A stretch of DNA of 25,006 nt from Minisyncoccia bacterium (GTDB lineage: Bacteria > Patescibacteriota > Minisyncoccia > Phycocordibacterales > PCTT01): NCBI GenBank assembly GCA_041601015.1, contig JBFIIZ010000001.1, positions 1 to 25,006 on the forward strand. The letters are read 5' to 3'. Below the pieces are notes generated by a model. That model was not told the DNA's origin, searched no databases, and was given only the letters and a program-made list of their open reading frames with translations. Position 1 is the first letter of the stretch, and each line of letters opens with the position of its first letter. This document shows positions 1-7,847 of the stretch, piece after piece. Both the position numbers and the translations under genes were made by a program.

Positions 1-230
1 GGAACAGGCTTAGCCCACCCAAAAATAAAGCCCCCAACAAAATAAGTGAGTAGTGGGACAATAAATGAGCCAGTAAGGTCCAAATGTCTCATTGGGTTCA
101 AAGTAAGCCTGCCTTGCATCTTAGCGGTTGGATCTCCTAAAGAATTAGCCGCAAAGCCGTGAGCCACCTCGTGAACCACTACAGAGAGAATAAGTATTGC
201 GATTGCGAAAATTATTTCTATACTTCCCAT
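1..230 (-). CDS. Site-2 protease family (peptidase M50) membrane zinc metalloprotease, 3' end outside the window
   Basis: Not in the ORF track. Manual translation from ATG at 230 gives [55 protein letters not shown]...FGWAKPV, with HExxH in a hydrophobic helix plus the GDPT/RLTLNP and GWAKPV motifs of M50. Confidence 0.93.
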   Translation of the reverse strand, partial: MGSIEIIFAIAILILSVVVHEVAHGFAANSLGDPTAKMQGRLTLNPMRHLDLTGSFIVPLLTYFVGGFIFGWAKPV

Positions 231-242
231 ATTTAGGTGTAT

Positions 243-251
243 ATGATAGCA
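243..251 (-). promoter_or_regulatory. Extended -10 element (TGcTATCAT) for the M50 gene
   Basis: Minus strand reads TGCTATCAT, 12 nt upstream of the ATG at 230; it overlaps a TATGAT box on the + strand in the divergent rpmB intergenic region. Confidence 0.45.
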
Positions 252-286
252 TACGCCTCACGTAATTAAATAGATTGTAAACAAAT

Positions 287-529
287 ATGGCTAGAATTTG
301 TCAAATAACTGGAAAGAAATCCGTTGTAGGTGGAGGATACTCAAATCGCACACGAGCGACGCAGTTTAACCCTACCGGAAAAAGACTGAGAAAACCCAAC
401 CTGCAGAAAAAACGCATTTACGTACCAGAGATAGACAAAACAGTTACTCTTACAATCTCAACAAAAGGACTCAAGACTATACAAAAAAACGGAGCGTACA
501 AGACATTAAAGAAAGCGGGGCTGATATAG
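287..529 (+). CDS. rpmB: 50S ribosomal protein L28 (bL28)
   Basis: MARICQITGKK...KPNLQKKRIY...LTISTKGLKTI matches the L28 pattern; 80 aa, strongly basic. Confidence 0.95.
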   Translation: MARICQITGKKSVVGGGYSNRTRATQFNPTGKRLRKPNLQKKRIYVPEIDKTVTLTISTKGLKTIQKNGAYKTLKKAGLI

Positions 530-564
530 AAGCCGCTTAATAAACAGACACCTCATAAAGAAAG

Positions 565-595
565 AACCCGTCGTACTATGGACGACGGGTTTTTT
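565..595. terminator. Intrinsic terminator after rpmB, probably bidirectional
   Basis: Perfect 10-bp inverted repeat AACCCGTCGT / ACGACGGGTT with a 7-nt loop, a T-run downstream and an A-rich flank upstream, between convergent genes. Confidence 0.85.
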
Positions 596-617
596 ACTTG
601 AGGTTTGTATTTTAAGT

Positions 618-908
618 CTATTCGAAATCCTCAAAAATTTCTTTGAGTTGAGCTATCAGATCAGCGGGTAAGTGCTCCCTCGCTTCAATGAGCCATTGTT
701 TATCAAGATCAGTAAGATCACTCGCTTCACCAATACTAAGTATTTCCTTCATATTTTCCAAGACTCTATCGCGCTCCTTTTGGGCTCGATCGATAGCGTT
801 TTGGTGCACACGAATATTGGCCAAGTGAGAGTTGATAGAATTTTGCATTCTATCAATCAGACTGCATAAAACAGCAATGCTTGGGCTCGGTCGTTTTGTC
901 TGTTCCAT
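618..908 (-). CDS. Hypothetical helical/coiled-coil protein (~96 aa)
   Basis: ORF fills the gap between rpmB and the MBL gene, ends near the shared terminator and has an upstream sigma70-like promoter. ATG at 908 is preferred over TTG at 914. No recognisable family. Confidence 0.65.
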   Translation of the reverse strand: MEQTKRPSPSIAVLCSLIDRMQNSINSHLANIRVHQNAIDRAQKERDRVLENMKEILSIGEASDLTDLDKQWLIEAREHLPADLIAQLKEIFEDFE

Positions 909-945
909 GGTCAAATAATCTTGGTTTGGTTTTCAATCTGTTTGA

Positions 946-974
946 ACAATATTCCAATCCAACAAAAATGTAAA
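946..974 (-). promoter_or_regulatory. Sigma70-type promoter TTTACA-N17-TATTGT for the 96-aa ORF
   Basis: Minus strand has TTTACA (974-969), a 17-nt spacer and TATTGT (951-946). Confidence 0.5.
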
Positions 975-992
975 GACAGGCTCTTTAATACT

Positions 993-1838
993 CTACTTTA
1001 TCCATAGATTTTCTCCATCAGATAAAAATGTAATTGTGCCATCCTCGTAAGTAGCGAGTATTTTTGTATTCAGCTGCGCAAGACTATCCAATACCACCTG
1101 ATGAGGGTGTCCGTATCCATTATTCTCTCCTGCGGATATGATTGAGTAAGTGGGCGTCACCGCTTCTAAAAACATCTTAGATGAAGAAGTCTTAGAACCG
1201 TGGTGTCCAACCTTCAAAACATCGGCGTCCAAATCATCACCGAGTCGCACCAAATAATCCTCAACGCTCTCTGGAGCATCTCCTGTGAGAAGAAAAGAGG
1301 TCTCGCCATACTCAAGCTTCAATATAATCGAAGAGTTATTTGGCGGTACGCCAGATATCACCTTCTCGGGAAAAAGTGTTTTCAAATACACTCCAGCACC
1401 CAAATCCAAAATCATCCCTCTATGTGCTTCTATTTCAACTGACCCTTCCCTGTCGACAAGACTCTCTGTTGTTATATAAGCCCCACTATCGACAACAGCA
1501 CCTGTGTCTATATATGTTTCCACTTCATAATTTTTAAACACAGCGGGGAAACCTCCCACATGGTCTGCGTCAGGGTGTGTAGAAATAACAACATCAATCT
1601 CTCTGTCATAGTACGACATTGCCCAACCAAGCTCTCGTAAAACAGAGTTGTCACGCCCACTGTCTATCAAAACCTGTATACCCGAAGGAGATTCTATGAA
1701 AATTGCATCCCCTTGACCAACATCAAAAAAAGAAACCTCCAAAAAATCCTGTTTTTCTTCAGAATAAACGGCATTCCATACAAAAAAATTTAATATAAAT
1801 AGAATAAGTATGAAAAAACGTGGAAAATTCTTTTTCAT
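993..1838 (-). CDS. comEC: ComEC/Rec2-type metallo-beta-lactamase-fold protein (stand-alone C-terminal ComEC nuclease domain) with N-terminal membrane anchor
   Basis: Motifs FFDVGQGDA, LIDSG, STHPDADHVGG (HxDxDH), LLTGDA, KVGHHGS and NxYGHP are typical of ComEC MBL domains; the N-terminus is hydrophobic. Confidence 0.9.
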   Translation of the reverse strand: MKKNFPRFFILILFILNFFVWNAVYSEEKQDFLEVSFFDVGQGDAIFIESPSGIQVLIDSGRDNSVLRELGWAMSYYDREIDVVISTHPDADHVGGFPAVFKNYEVETYIDTGAVVDSGAYITTESLVDREGSVEIEAHRGMILDLGAGVYLKTLFPEKVISGVPPNNSSIILKLEYGETSFLLTGDAPESVEDYLVRLGDDLDADVLKVGHHGSKTSSSKMFLEAVTPTYSIISAGENNGYGHPHQVVLDSLAQLNTKILATYEDGTITFLSDGENLWIK

Positions 1839-1855
1839 ACCAATATTTTACCTCG

Positions 1856-1864
1856 TGATATACT
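1856..1864 (+). promoter_or_regulatory. Extended -10 element (TGaTATACT) for sod
   Basis: TGATATACT ends 27 nt upstream of the ATG at 1892. Confidence 0.5.
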
Positions 1865-1891
1865 TTTTGTATTAAAAGCTAAATAAAAACT

Positions 1892-2488
1892 ATGCACGAA
1901 TACACAGCAAAGAAGTTTAATCTGCCTGAGGTAGAAGGAATTTCAAAAAAACAATTGGATGCACACATAAAACTCTATGAAGGATATGTAAAACACACAA
2001 ATATACTGCAAGATGAGTACCACCGTATACACGAAGGAGATAATCCAAATAAAAAATTCCTTTTATTGGAATTGAGCAGAAGATATTCATTTGAGTTTTG
2101 TGGAATGCGTCTACATGAGTACTATTTTGAAACCTTAGAGAGTGGACCAAAAGAAATCAACAAAGACAGCAATCTATACAAAGCTATAGAACAGAAGTTT
2201 GGTGGAATCGAAGGTCTCGAAAAAATAATTAAACATGTATCAGGAACCAGAGGTTCTGGTTGGGTGATTCTGTATTGGGACAATAAGGTAAAAAACTTTA
2301 TACCAAAGTGGGTAGATGAACACCATCTAGGAGCACTTCCTGTAGACATCGTTTTGGCTGTAGATTGTTGGGAGCACGCATATATGATAGATCATGACAC
2401 CACAGGACGAGGTGCTTATGTAGAAGCGTACTTAAACGCAGTCAATTGGTCAGTTCCAGAGAAGTGGTTTGAGGAGGTAGCAAAATAG
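1892..2488 (+). CDS. sod: Fe/Mn superoxide dismutase
   Basis: Metal ligands H(25) in LDAHIKLYEGYV, H in RLHEYYF, the GSGW motif and the DCWEHAY signature (DxWEHAY). Metal specificity cannot be determined from the sequence. Confidence 0.92.
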   Translation: MHEYTAKKFNLPEVEGISKKQLDAHIKLYEGYVKHTNILQDEYHRIHEGDNPNKKFLLLELSRRYSFEFCGMRLHEYYFETLESGPKEINKDSNLYKAIEQKFGGIEGLEKIIKHVSGTRGSGWVILYWDNKVKNFIPKWVDEHHLGALPVDIVLAVDCWEHAYMIDHDTTGRGAYVEAYLNAVNWSVPEKWFEEVAK

Positions 2489-2510
2489 AAAAAGTTAAGT
2501 CTAAAAGAAT

Positions 2511-2535
2511 AAAAACCCTAGAAATAGGGTTTTTT
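2511..2535 (+). terminator. Intrinsic terminator after sod
   Basis: AAAAACCCTA-GAAA-TAGGGTTTTT(T): perfect inverted repeat with a GNRA tetraloop and T-run. Confidence 0.85.
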
Positions 2536-2559
2536 CTTATGTGAACATTTCTACGATAC

Positions 2560-2587
2560 TTGACAACAAACTTTAATGTGGTATTGT
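2560..2587 (+). promoter_or_regulatory. Sigma70 promoter TTGACA-N16-TATTGT with extended -10 TG
   Basis: Consensus TTGACA at 2560-2565 and TGgTATTGT at 2579-2587. The TTG used as the ORF start in the track is this -35 box. Confidence 0.65.
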
Positions 2588-2640
2588 GTCGTGGAACTAA
2601 CGAACTTTTTAGATTGATTCACCCCGGAGGGGGTATCGAC

Positions 2641-3828
2641 ATGAAAAACAACAAAGGAATGGTTCGTGGGAAAAACACCAAGATGGCCGAAAAGGTTTTC
2701 TTGGGAATTTTCCTCCTGATTGTTCTGTCCATCGTACTGGCCGCAAATGCCAGTGGGCAGACTCTGCCCCAGGACATCGACCACCAGGAGTTCTACTCCT
2801 GCTGGGAAGAGACCCAGTTCATGAACCCCGAACAGGGGGACATGACTGAGCTTCGAGTGGGCGATCGCCTGCGACTTCCGAGTTGCACCGAACATTATTT
2901 TTTCGTGGTGGATGACACCAACGCAGAGATGGTTCGACGATTCGGAGGCTGGGGTATCACCTACAGCCTGATGTACGGCGAATTTCCCGATGGAACCCTG
3001 GTAGAAGACTATGGTTTCGATGACAGTGTACCGCGGTTGTGGTACAACAACCTCATCAATGAATCCTCCCAGAAACAGAATGAGTTCCAAGCTCGCATCG
3101 CGAGTTTGGAAGCTCGTAATTCCACCTTGTGGAATTGGTTCTGGGGGCTCGCCTTCATCGCGTTCATTCTCTTGCTTGTATCAGCCATGTCGGCTGGTCT
3201 GGGTATGAAGAAAGACCGGATCATCGGACTACGTGAAAAACAGATCGATGACATGGAGAAATCCATGGACAAGATGAGGGTGGAATTCGAGGAAGAGCTT
3301 CAAGCTCAGAAGTACCAAATATGGGAAAAAGACAACCGTATTAAAAACTTCAGAGAGGAACTCCGATATCATCTCGAAAATCCACCCATACTCCTGAAAA
3401 ATGGGCGACTAGACGAAGAACTCAAGGACGTTGGAGGCGCAACTTGTTTGTCTGCAAGAGAACTACCCGATGAGGTGAGACTTATTGGTCGTAAGATTCT
3501 TGTGGATCGGTGCCGTAAGGTATGGCTGACAAGCCGCTCTGGATCTGTCGAGATCCAGAAGAACGTTCTAGGAAACGGCTCTGTCAGAAAGTATGTCCGT
3601 AGAGTTCTGCACAGATTCCCCGCGTGGGAAATCTGCAGCCGTGGTCGTGGTGGAGAAACGGGCTCCAGAGATTACTTCACTGGGGACGGAACTATGTCTA
3701 TCCGACCGATAGATAAAATCGACCTTGAGATCGTTCCTGCTCGTGAGAGCTCGTGGGACGCCAAGGTACTCGGCGGAAAGTCGAGAACCGAGGAAATCCA
3801 CAAGGCTCTCAACGAGCAACTCTCCTAG
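2641..3828 (+). CDS. Orphan membrane protein (~395 aa): N-terminal signal/TM, partial LysM-like segment, coiled coil, second TM, cytoplasmic coiled coil and unknown C-terminal domain
   Basis: Long ORF with GGAGG (2626-2630) before ATG 2641, its own promoter and terminator, and hydrophobic stretches VFLGIFLLIVLSIVLAANA and WNWFWGLAFIAFILLLVSAM. GC is visibly higher than in flanking genes. Confidence 0.8.
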   Translation: MKNNKGMVRGKNTKMAEKVFLGIFLLIVLSIVLAANASGQTLPQDIDHQEFYSCWEETQFMNPEQGDMTELRVGDRLRLPSCTEHYFFVVDDTNAEMVRRFGGWGITYSLMYGEFPDGTLVEDYGFDDSVPRLWYNNLINESSQKQNEFQARIASLEARNSTLWNWFWGLAFIAFILLLVSAMSAGLGMKKDRIIGLREKQIDDMEKSMDKMRVEFEEELQAQKYQIWEKDNRIKNFREELRYHLENPPILLKNGRLDEELKDVGGATCLSARELPDEVRLIGRKILVDRCRKVWLTSRSGSVEIQKNVLGNGSVRKYVRRVLHRFPAWEICSRGRGGETGSRDYFTGDGTMSIRPIDKIDLEIVPARESSWDAKVLGGKSRTEEIHKALNEQLS

Positions 3829-3848
3829 AATTTTCTAGGAACCACTTT

Positions 3849-3898
3849 GGCCCGACACTAAGTTACTTAGGTAACGAGGTGTCGGGCCTTTTTCTTTT
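3849..3898 (+). terminator. Long intrinsic terminator after the orphan gene, overlapping the comEC 3' end on the opposite strand
   Basis: GGCCCGACAC (3849-3858) pairs with GTGTCGGGCC (3879-3888), with an inner GTTAC/GTAAC stem, followed by TTTTTCTTTT. Confidence 0.8.
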
Positions 3899-5350
3899 GT
3901 GTAACCAAAAAATCACCAAAATATAAATTACATACACCAAAACCATAGTCCACACTGAGAAACCTTTTACAAACACCGATGCAAACGAAAGGGTTGAGAA
4001 GGTTTCAACCGCTCTCAGTACATAATCGAGCAATATAAAATTCAAAAACCCTATTGGAAAAGCAAGAGCGCCTGAAATGAAACCAAAAGCTCCAGTGAGT
4101 AGTCCCAGAAACATCGAAACGGGGATTACCGGAAGCACTAAAAGATTAACAGGTATAGAAACCAGAGAAATCTCCCCTGTCATATATAGAAGCAATGGCA
4201 AAACAAATATTTGAGTGGCAATAGTTGCTGTAGCGAACTCTCGAAGTTCGATTTTTTTCGGAACAAAGCCTAAATATTTTTCAATATACGGAGCTAGATA
4301 AACCAACCCCAGTGTCGCCAAAAAGGATAGTTGAAAAGAAGGATCAAATATCAAAATACTTGGATTATGCAAAACCATTAGAAAACCAGCTATCAAAAGT
4401 AGTCGCAATATATCTGCAGTCCTCCCTGTGATACGTGCAACAATCACAAGTACCGCCATTATGGAGGCTCGTACAATAGTCGCTGTGGCACCCGTCATTA
4501 TCATAAATAGCAATATACTAAGCGCTCCTATGAGACTCTTCCAAAGTAGAGGCAAGAAAGCAAATATCCTCATAAAGAATTCAGCAACTATTGTGATGTT
4601 GTATCCAGAAAGGACCACAATGTGTATGATGCCAGTTTTCCTAAAGCTCTCCTCCAAGTTTTCACCAAGAGATTCTTCGGCTCCAACTGTAATACCGCCA
4701 AGAAGTGCCGAGTGTGGCTCGGGCACAGTCTTTCTTATAGACTCCAAAAAAGCATTTTTAAGTCCAAATAGATTTCTTTTTATAAAATTCCCTCCCCCGC
4801 TTCCCAAGAGTTCCACCTCAGGATAAAAAACTTGATAAAAGATATTATCTTTATCAAGATAAGATACATAATTAAAAATTCTTCCCGTATCTGTTTGGAA
4901 ATTTTCTGGTTTTTGTAATTTACCACTCACACGAACCTTGTCTCCATACTTAAATTCAGGATAAGCGGGTGCAAAAACTAAAATCCCAACCTTTTTATCT
5001 TCCAAATACACCCGAAGCTGTGTGTTTTTCTCTTTTACTTTTGGTTCTTCCAATATTACACCCTCAAAAACAAAATCTTGCCCTACAAATTCATCAAAAA
5101 CTCCTCTATCCTTCAATAGTTCGCCGAATCCCACCCTCAAAAACCCAAACCCCATAGATACAACGAGAACCATCAACAATAGCAACTGAATATCTTCATT
5201 TTCTAAAACAAATCTAATCAGAAACAAAAACAAACCAAGTAAAACAAAAAACATGGACATATATATGTCCACATTTACAAGCGATGCCACACCGACGCTA
5301 ACAATAAAACCAACTATGGTCGTATAAAATATTTTATCTCTCGATGTCAT
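3863..5350 (-). CDS. comEC: ComEC/Rec2 competence membrane protein (OB-fold/DUF4131-like plus Competence domain; no MBL domain)
   Basis: Multiple TM helices; GDKVRVSGKLQKP...FNYVSYL OB-like region; GIIHIVVLSGYNI, RASIMA and FQLSFLATLG Competence-domain motifs. Confidence 0.93.
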   Translation of the reverse strand: MTSRDKIFYTTIVGFIVSVGVASLVNVDIYMSMFFVLLGLFLFLIRFVLENEDIQLLLLMVLVVSMGFGFLRVGFGELLKDRGVFDEFVGQDFVFEGVILEEPKVKEKNTQLRVYLEDKKVGILVFAPAYPEFKYGDKVRVSGKLQKPENFQTDTGRIFNYVSYLDKDNIFYQVFYPEVELLGSGGGNFIKRNLFGLKNAFLESIRKTVPEPHSALLGGITVGAEESLGENLEESFRKTGIIHIVVLSGYNITIVAEFFMRIFAFLPLLWKSLIGALSILLFMIMTGATATIVRASIMAVLVIVARITGRTADILRLLLIAGFLMVLHNPSILIFDPSFQLSFLATLGLVYLAPYIEKYLGFVPKKIELREFATATIATQIFVLPLLLYMTGEISLVSIPVNLLVLPVIPVSMFLGLLTGAFGFISGALAFPIGFLNFILLDYVLRAVETFSTLSFASVFVKGFSVWTMVLVYVIYILVIFWLHKRKRPDTSLPK

Positions 5351-6089
5351 TTAAGCTTTTCCCCCAGCTTCTTATAATCTCAAGTTCTTCTTCTGCACTC
5401 AATGACTTTTTAAATCTAGCCCCTCTTGCACCCTTCACGCATAACTCACACTCACTCCATGTGCGATGCCTCCTAAGCCTTCCGTCCACCAAAGATAAGT
5501 AGGAATAAGCTTTTGCTTTACTTCGAGCCTTCTTACCATCTTTTACTTTTTTTAGGGCTTTATCATAGCTTGTATTCAATACATCTACGTCATATTCCTC
5601 TAAAGAGCCGTGATAGAGCCCTCTATCATCATCATCTCTGAACCCTACAGCTATTTTATCGGCTCTTTCATTGCCCGGTACGCCACTGTGTCCTGGTAAT
5701 ACATTCCATTTGATTTCATAGTCCGCACTTACCTCTTTGAGTCTTTCCCATAAATCTCTGTTCATCACCGGCTTCTTTTGTGTATTTATCCAATTGTTTT
5801 TTGTCCATCCAAATATACATTTAGTAATACCATTTACTACATAAGTAGAATCTGAATACACCTCAACCTCATAATCATTTACACTCAAACCATACTGTCT
5901 CATGAATTCAAAAGCACCAACTACAGCGTTTAGTTCCATTCTATTATTTGTAGTTCTTTTTTCCCCGTCACCAAGCTCCACTATTTGTTCGTCAAACACA
6001 AGAACTGCACCCCAACCGCCCGGACCAGGGTTCCCACTTGATGCTCCGTCTGTAAATATTGTTATTTTTTTCTTTTGGTTCTTTTCCAT
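5334..6089 (-). CDS. rnhA: Ribonuclease HI with a C-terminal hybrid-binding (viroplasmin-like) extension
   Basis: Catalytic motifs FTDGASSGNPGPGGWG, TTNNRMEL, SDSTYV and GHSGVPGNERAD. The extra C-terminal region has the pattern TWSEC...VKGARGARFKK..S.EE. Confidence 0.92.
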   Translation of the reverse strand: MEKNQKKKITIFTDGASSGNPGPGGWGAVLVFDEQIVELGDGEKRTTNNRMELNAVVGAFEFMRQYGLSVNDYEVEVYSDSTYVVNGITKCIFGWTKNNWINTQKKPVMNRDLWERLKEVSADYEIKWNVLPGHSGVPGNERADKIAVGFRDDDDRGLYHGSLEEYDVDVLNTSYDKALKKVKDGKKARSKAKAYSYLSLVDGRLRRHRTWSECELCVKGARGARFKKSLSAEEELEIIRSWGKSLNDIER

Positions 6090-6101
6090 GTCTATTTATA
6101 T

Positions 6102-7802
6102 CTAAAGTATATCAACAATCCTCAACCGGAGCTCAGGTTTGTAACCAAAAGTTGATTTTTCTAAATGCGCAATCAAGTTTATCTTATCCCCTTCCTTAAT
6201 CGTGTCCTTAAAGCTATCTGGCGTCTTAAAAAACGTAATAGCATTTATCTTTTCACCTAAACTATTTAGAAATATAAGTTTCAAATGATTTTTTTGTTTA
6301 CCAAATGTTCCAACAAAAGTTGGTTTTACGTCTTTAAACAAAAAAACCGGCTTTGGATTACCAACTCCATACGGGGATAGTTTCTCTATTTCATCATAAA
6401 GACCCCATGTTATATCATCAAATGAAAGTTGTGAATCAATGGTAATTAGATTTACTGCAACATCGTCTGGATCAAGCGCTGTGTGTGCTTTAGTAAGAGC
6501 TTCTTCCAGCATATGTATACCTTCTTCGGTTGCGGAGAACCCCCCAGAGAAAGCGTGGCCTCCATACTCACTCAAGACACCATCTTCAACTTTCTCCATC
6601 AAATGAACCAGGTTTATCACACCATCTGATCTACATGAGCCTTTTATAGTTGGGCTTCCGTCTCGCCCCCATGCAAAAGACGGCTTATTGTGGGCCTCTG
6701 AGAGTGAGTTACACACCAATCCTAAAAGTGAGGGTTTCCAGTGAGGATTTCCTATTACAATCACAGGCCCTATTTCACCTCTCTCTTTTAGTTTTTTCTT
6801 AGCTTCTTTCACCATAGAAGCCACAACCCCTTTTCTCTCATTGTTTATATGGTCGAGATGTTCGGCGTGAGTTCCTGCGTGCTCTAAATCATCAGTAGAG
6901 AGTAGTGCAAATGCATCTTCTGGTTTATCCATACGTGAAGCTGCATTAATACGAGGACCAATTGTAAATCCAATATCTTCTTCAGTCAGATATTTTTGAC
7001 TTGTTCTTGAGAGTTTAAGTAAGTGCTGAAGACCAGGTCTTGGAGATTTGCGCAAAACCTTAAGACCATACCGAGCAAAAACTCTATTCTCCCCTACTAG
7101 TGGCACCATGTCGGAGACTGTTGCTATACCAACCATGTCCAAGAGCCATTTTTCCCACCCATCCCTTATCTCGAACTCACCTTTTGCAATAAGTGCTTGC
7201 ACAAGTTTGTATACAACAGCCGCTCCGCACAATTCTTTAAATGGATACTCACATCCAGCCTGTTTTGGGTTTACTATCGCATATGCATTTGGGATTTTAT
7301 GATTTGGTAAGTGGTGATCAGTAATAATTACATCAATACCACCCTCATTTGCAACTTCTACTTCATCAAAATTTGCGATACCGCAGTCAATTGTAATAAG
7401 CACATCTGTTTTCTCATCAATAAATTTCTTTACCGCCTCCGTGTTAAGACCAAAGCCTTCTCTATTCCTATGTGGTATATAGTTTGTGAAATTCTCATAC
7501 CCAACTTTCTTAAAAAAGTCGTGAAGAACAACAGCTCCAGGTATGCCGTCAGTATCATAGTCGCTAAAGATAACAGTTTTTTGATTTTCTTTTATAGCAG
7601 TGAGTATTCGCTCAACAGCCTTATCTACACCTTTCAGAAGAAAGGGATCATGAGTATGTTCATCATAGCTAGGGTTTAGAAATACGTGCGCTTCATCGTT
7701 CTCTGTAATTCCTCTGTTATATAAAAGACGTCCTGTAATCTCTGAAAGTCCTGTGTATACACCATTTGCAACCGGTGAGTCTTTGATCTCGTATTTATCC
7801 AT
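6102..7802 (-). CDS. recJ: Single-stranded-DNA-specific exonuclease RecJ
   Basis: DYDTDG, ITIDCG, TDHH (DHH), ATVSDMVPL, IGPRINAASR, GSCRS and GGH (DHHA1) motifs, plus a C-terminal OB region with PYGVGNPKP. Confidence 0.96.
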   Translation of the reverse strand: MDKYEIKDSPVANGVYTGLSEITGRLLYNRGITENDEAHVFLNPSYDEHTHDPFLLKGVDKAVERILTAIKENQKTVIFSDYDTDGIPGAVVLHDFFKKVGYENFTNYIPHRNREGFGLNTEAVKKFIDEKTDVLITIDCGIANFDEVEVANEGGIDVIITDHHLPNHKIPNAYAIVNPKQAGCEYPFKELCGAAVVYKLVQALIAKGEFEIRDGWEKWLLDMVGIATVSDMVPLVGENRVFARYGLKVLRKSPRPGLQHLLKLSRTSQKYLTEEDIGFTIGPRINAASRMDKPEDAFALLSTDDLEHAGTHAEHLDHINNERKGVVASMVKEAKKKLKERGEIGPVIVIGNPHWKPSLLGLVCNSLSEAHNKPSFAWGRDGSPTIKGSCRSDGVINLVHLMEKVEDGVLSEYGGHAFSGGFSATEEGIHMLEEALTKAHTALDPDDVAVNLITIDSQLSFDDITWGLYDEIEKLSPYGVGNPKPVFLFKDVKPTFVGTFGKQKNHLKLIFLNSLGEKINAITFFKTPDSFKDTIKEGDKINLIAHLEKSTFGYKPELRLRIVDIL

Positions 7803-7809
7803 GAGAGGT

Positions 7810-7818
7810 ATTGTACCA
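7810..7818 (-). promoter_or_regulatory. Extended -10 (TGgTACAAT) 7 nt upstream of the recJ ATG; predicted leaderless start
   Basis: Minus strand reads TGGTACAAT-acctctc-ATG. Confidence 0.6.
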
Positions 7819-7847
7819 TGTGAAATATGGCTATATACTTAGTTCAT

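Noticed and set aside
2560-2640. TTG start giving a 422-aa protein
   Set aside because: The TTG is the TTGACA -35 box; ATG 2641 has an SD.
2551-3090. 179-aa minus-strand ORF
   Set aside because: Antisense to the orphan gene, which has a promoter, SD and terminator; the raised GC lowers stop frequency and no motif is present.
3849-3888. Integron attC site or MITE
   Set aside because: No RYYYAAC/GTTRRRY cores in the right positions, no second copy and no integrase; a terminator explains it.
4428-6105. Short + strand ORFs over comEC/rnhA (132, 62, 67 aa)
   Set aside because: Antisense to well-supported genes.
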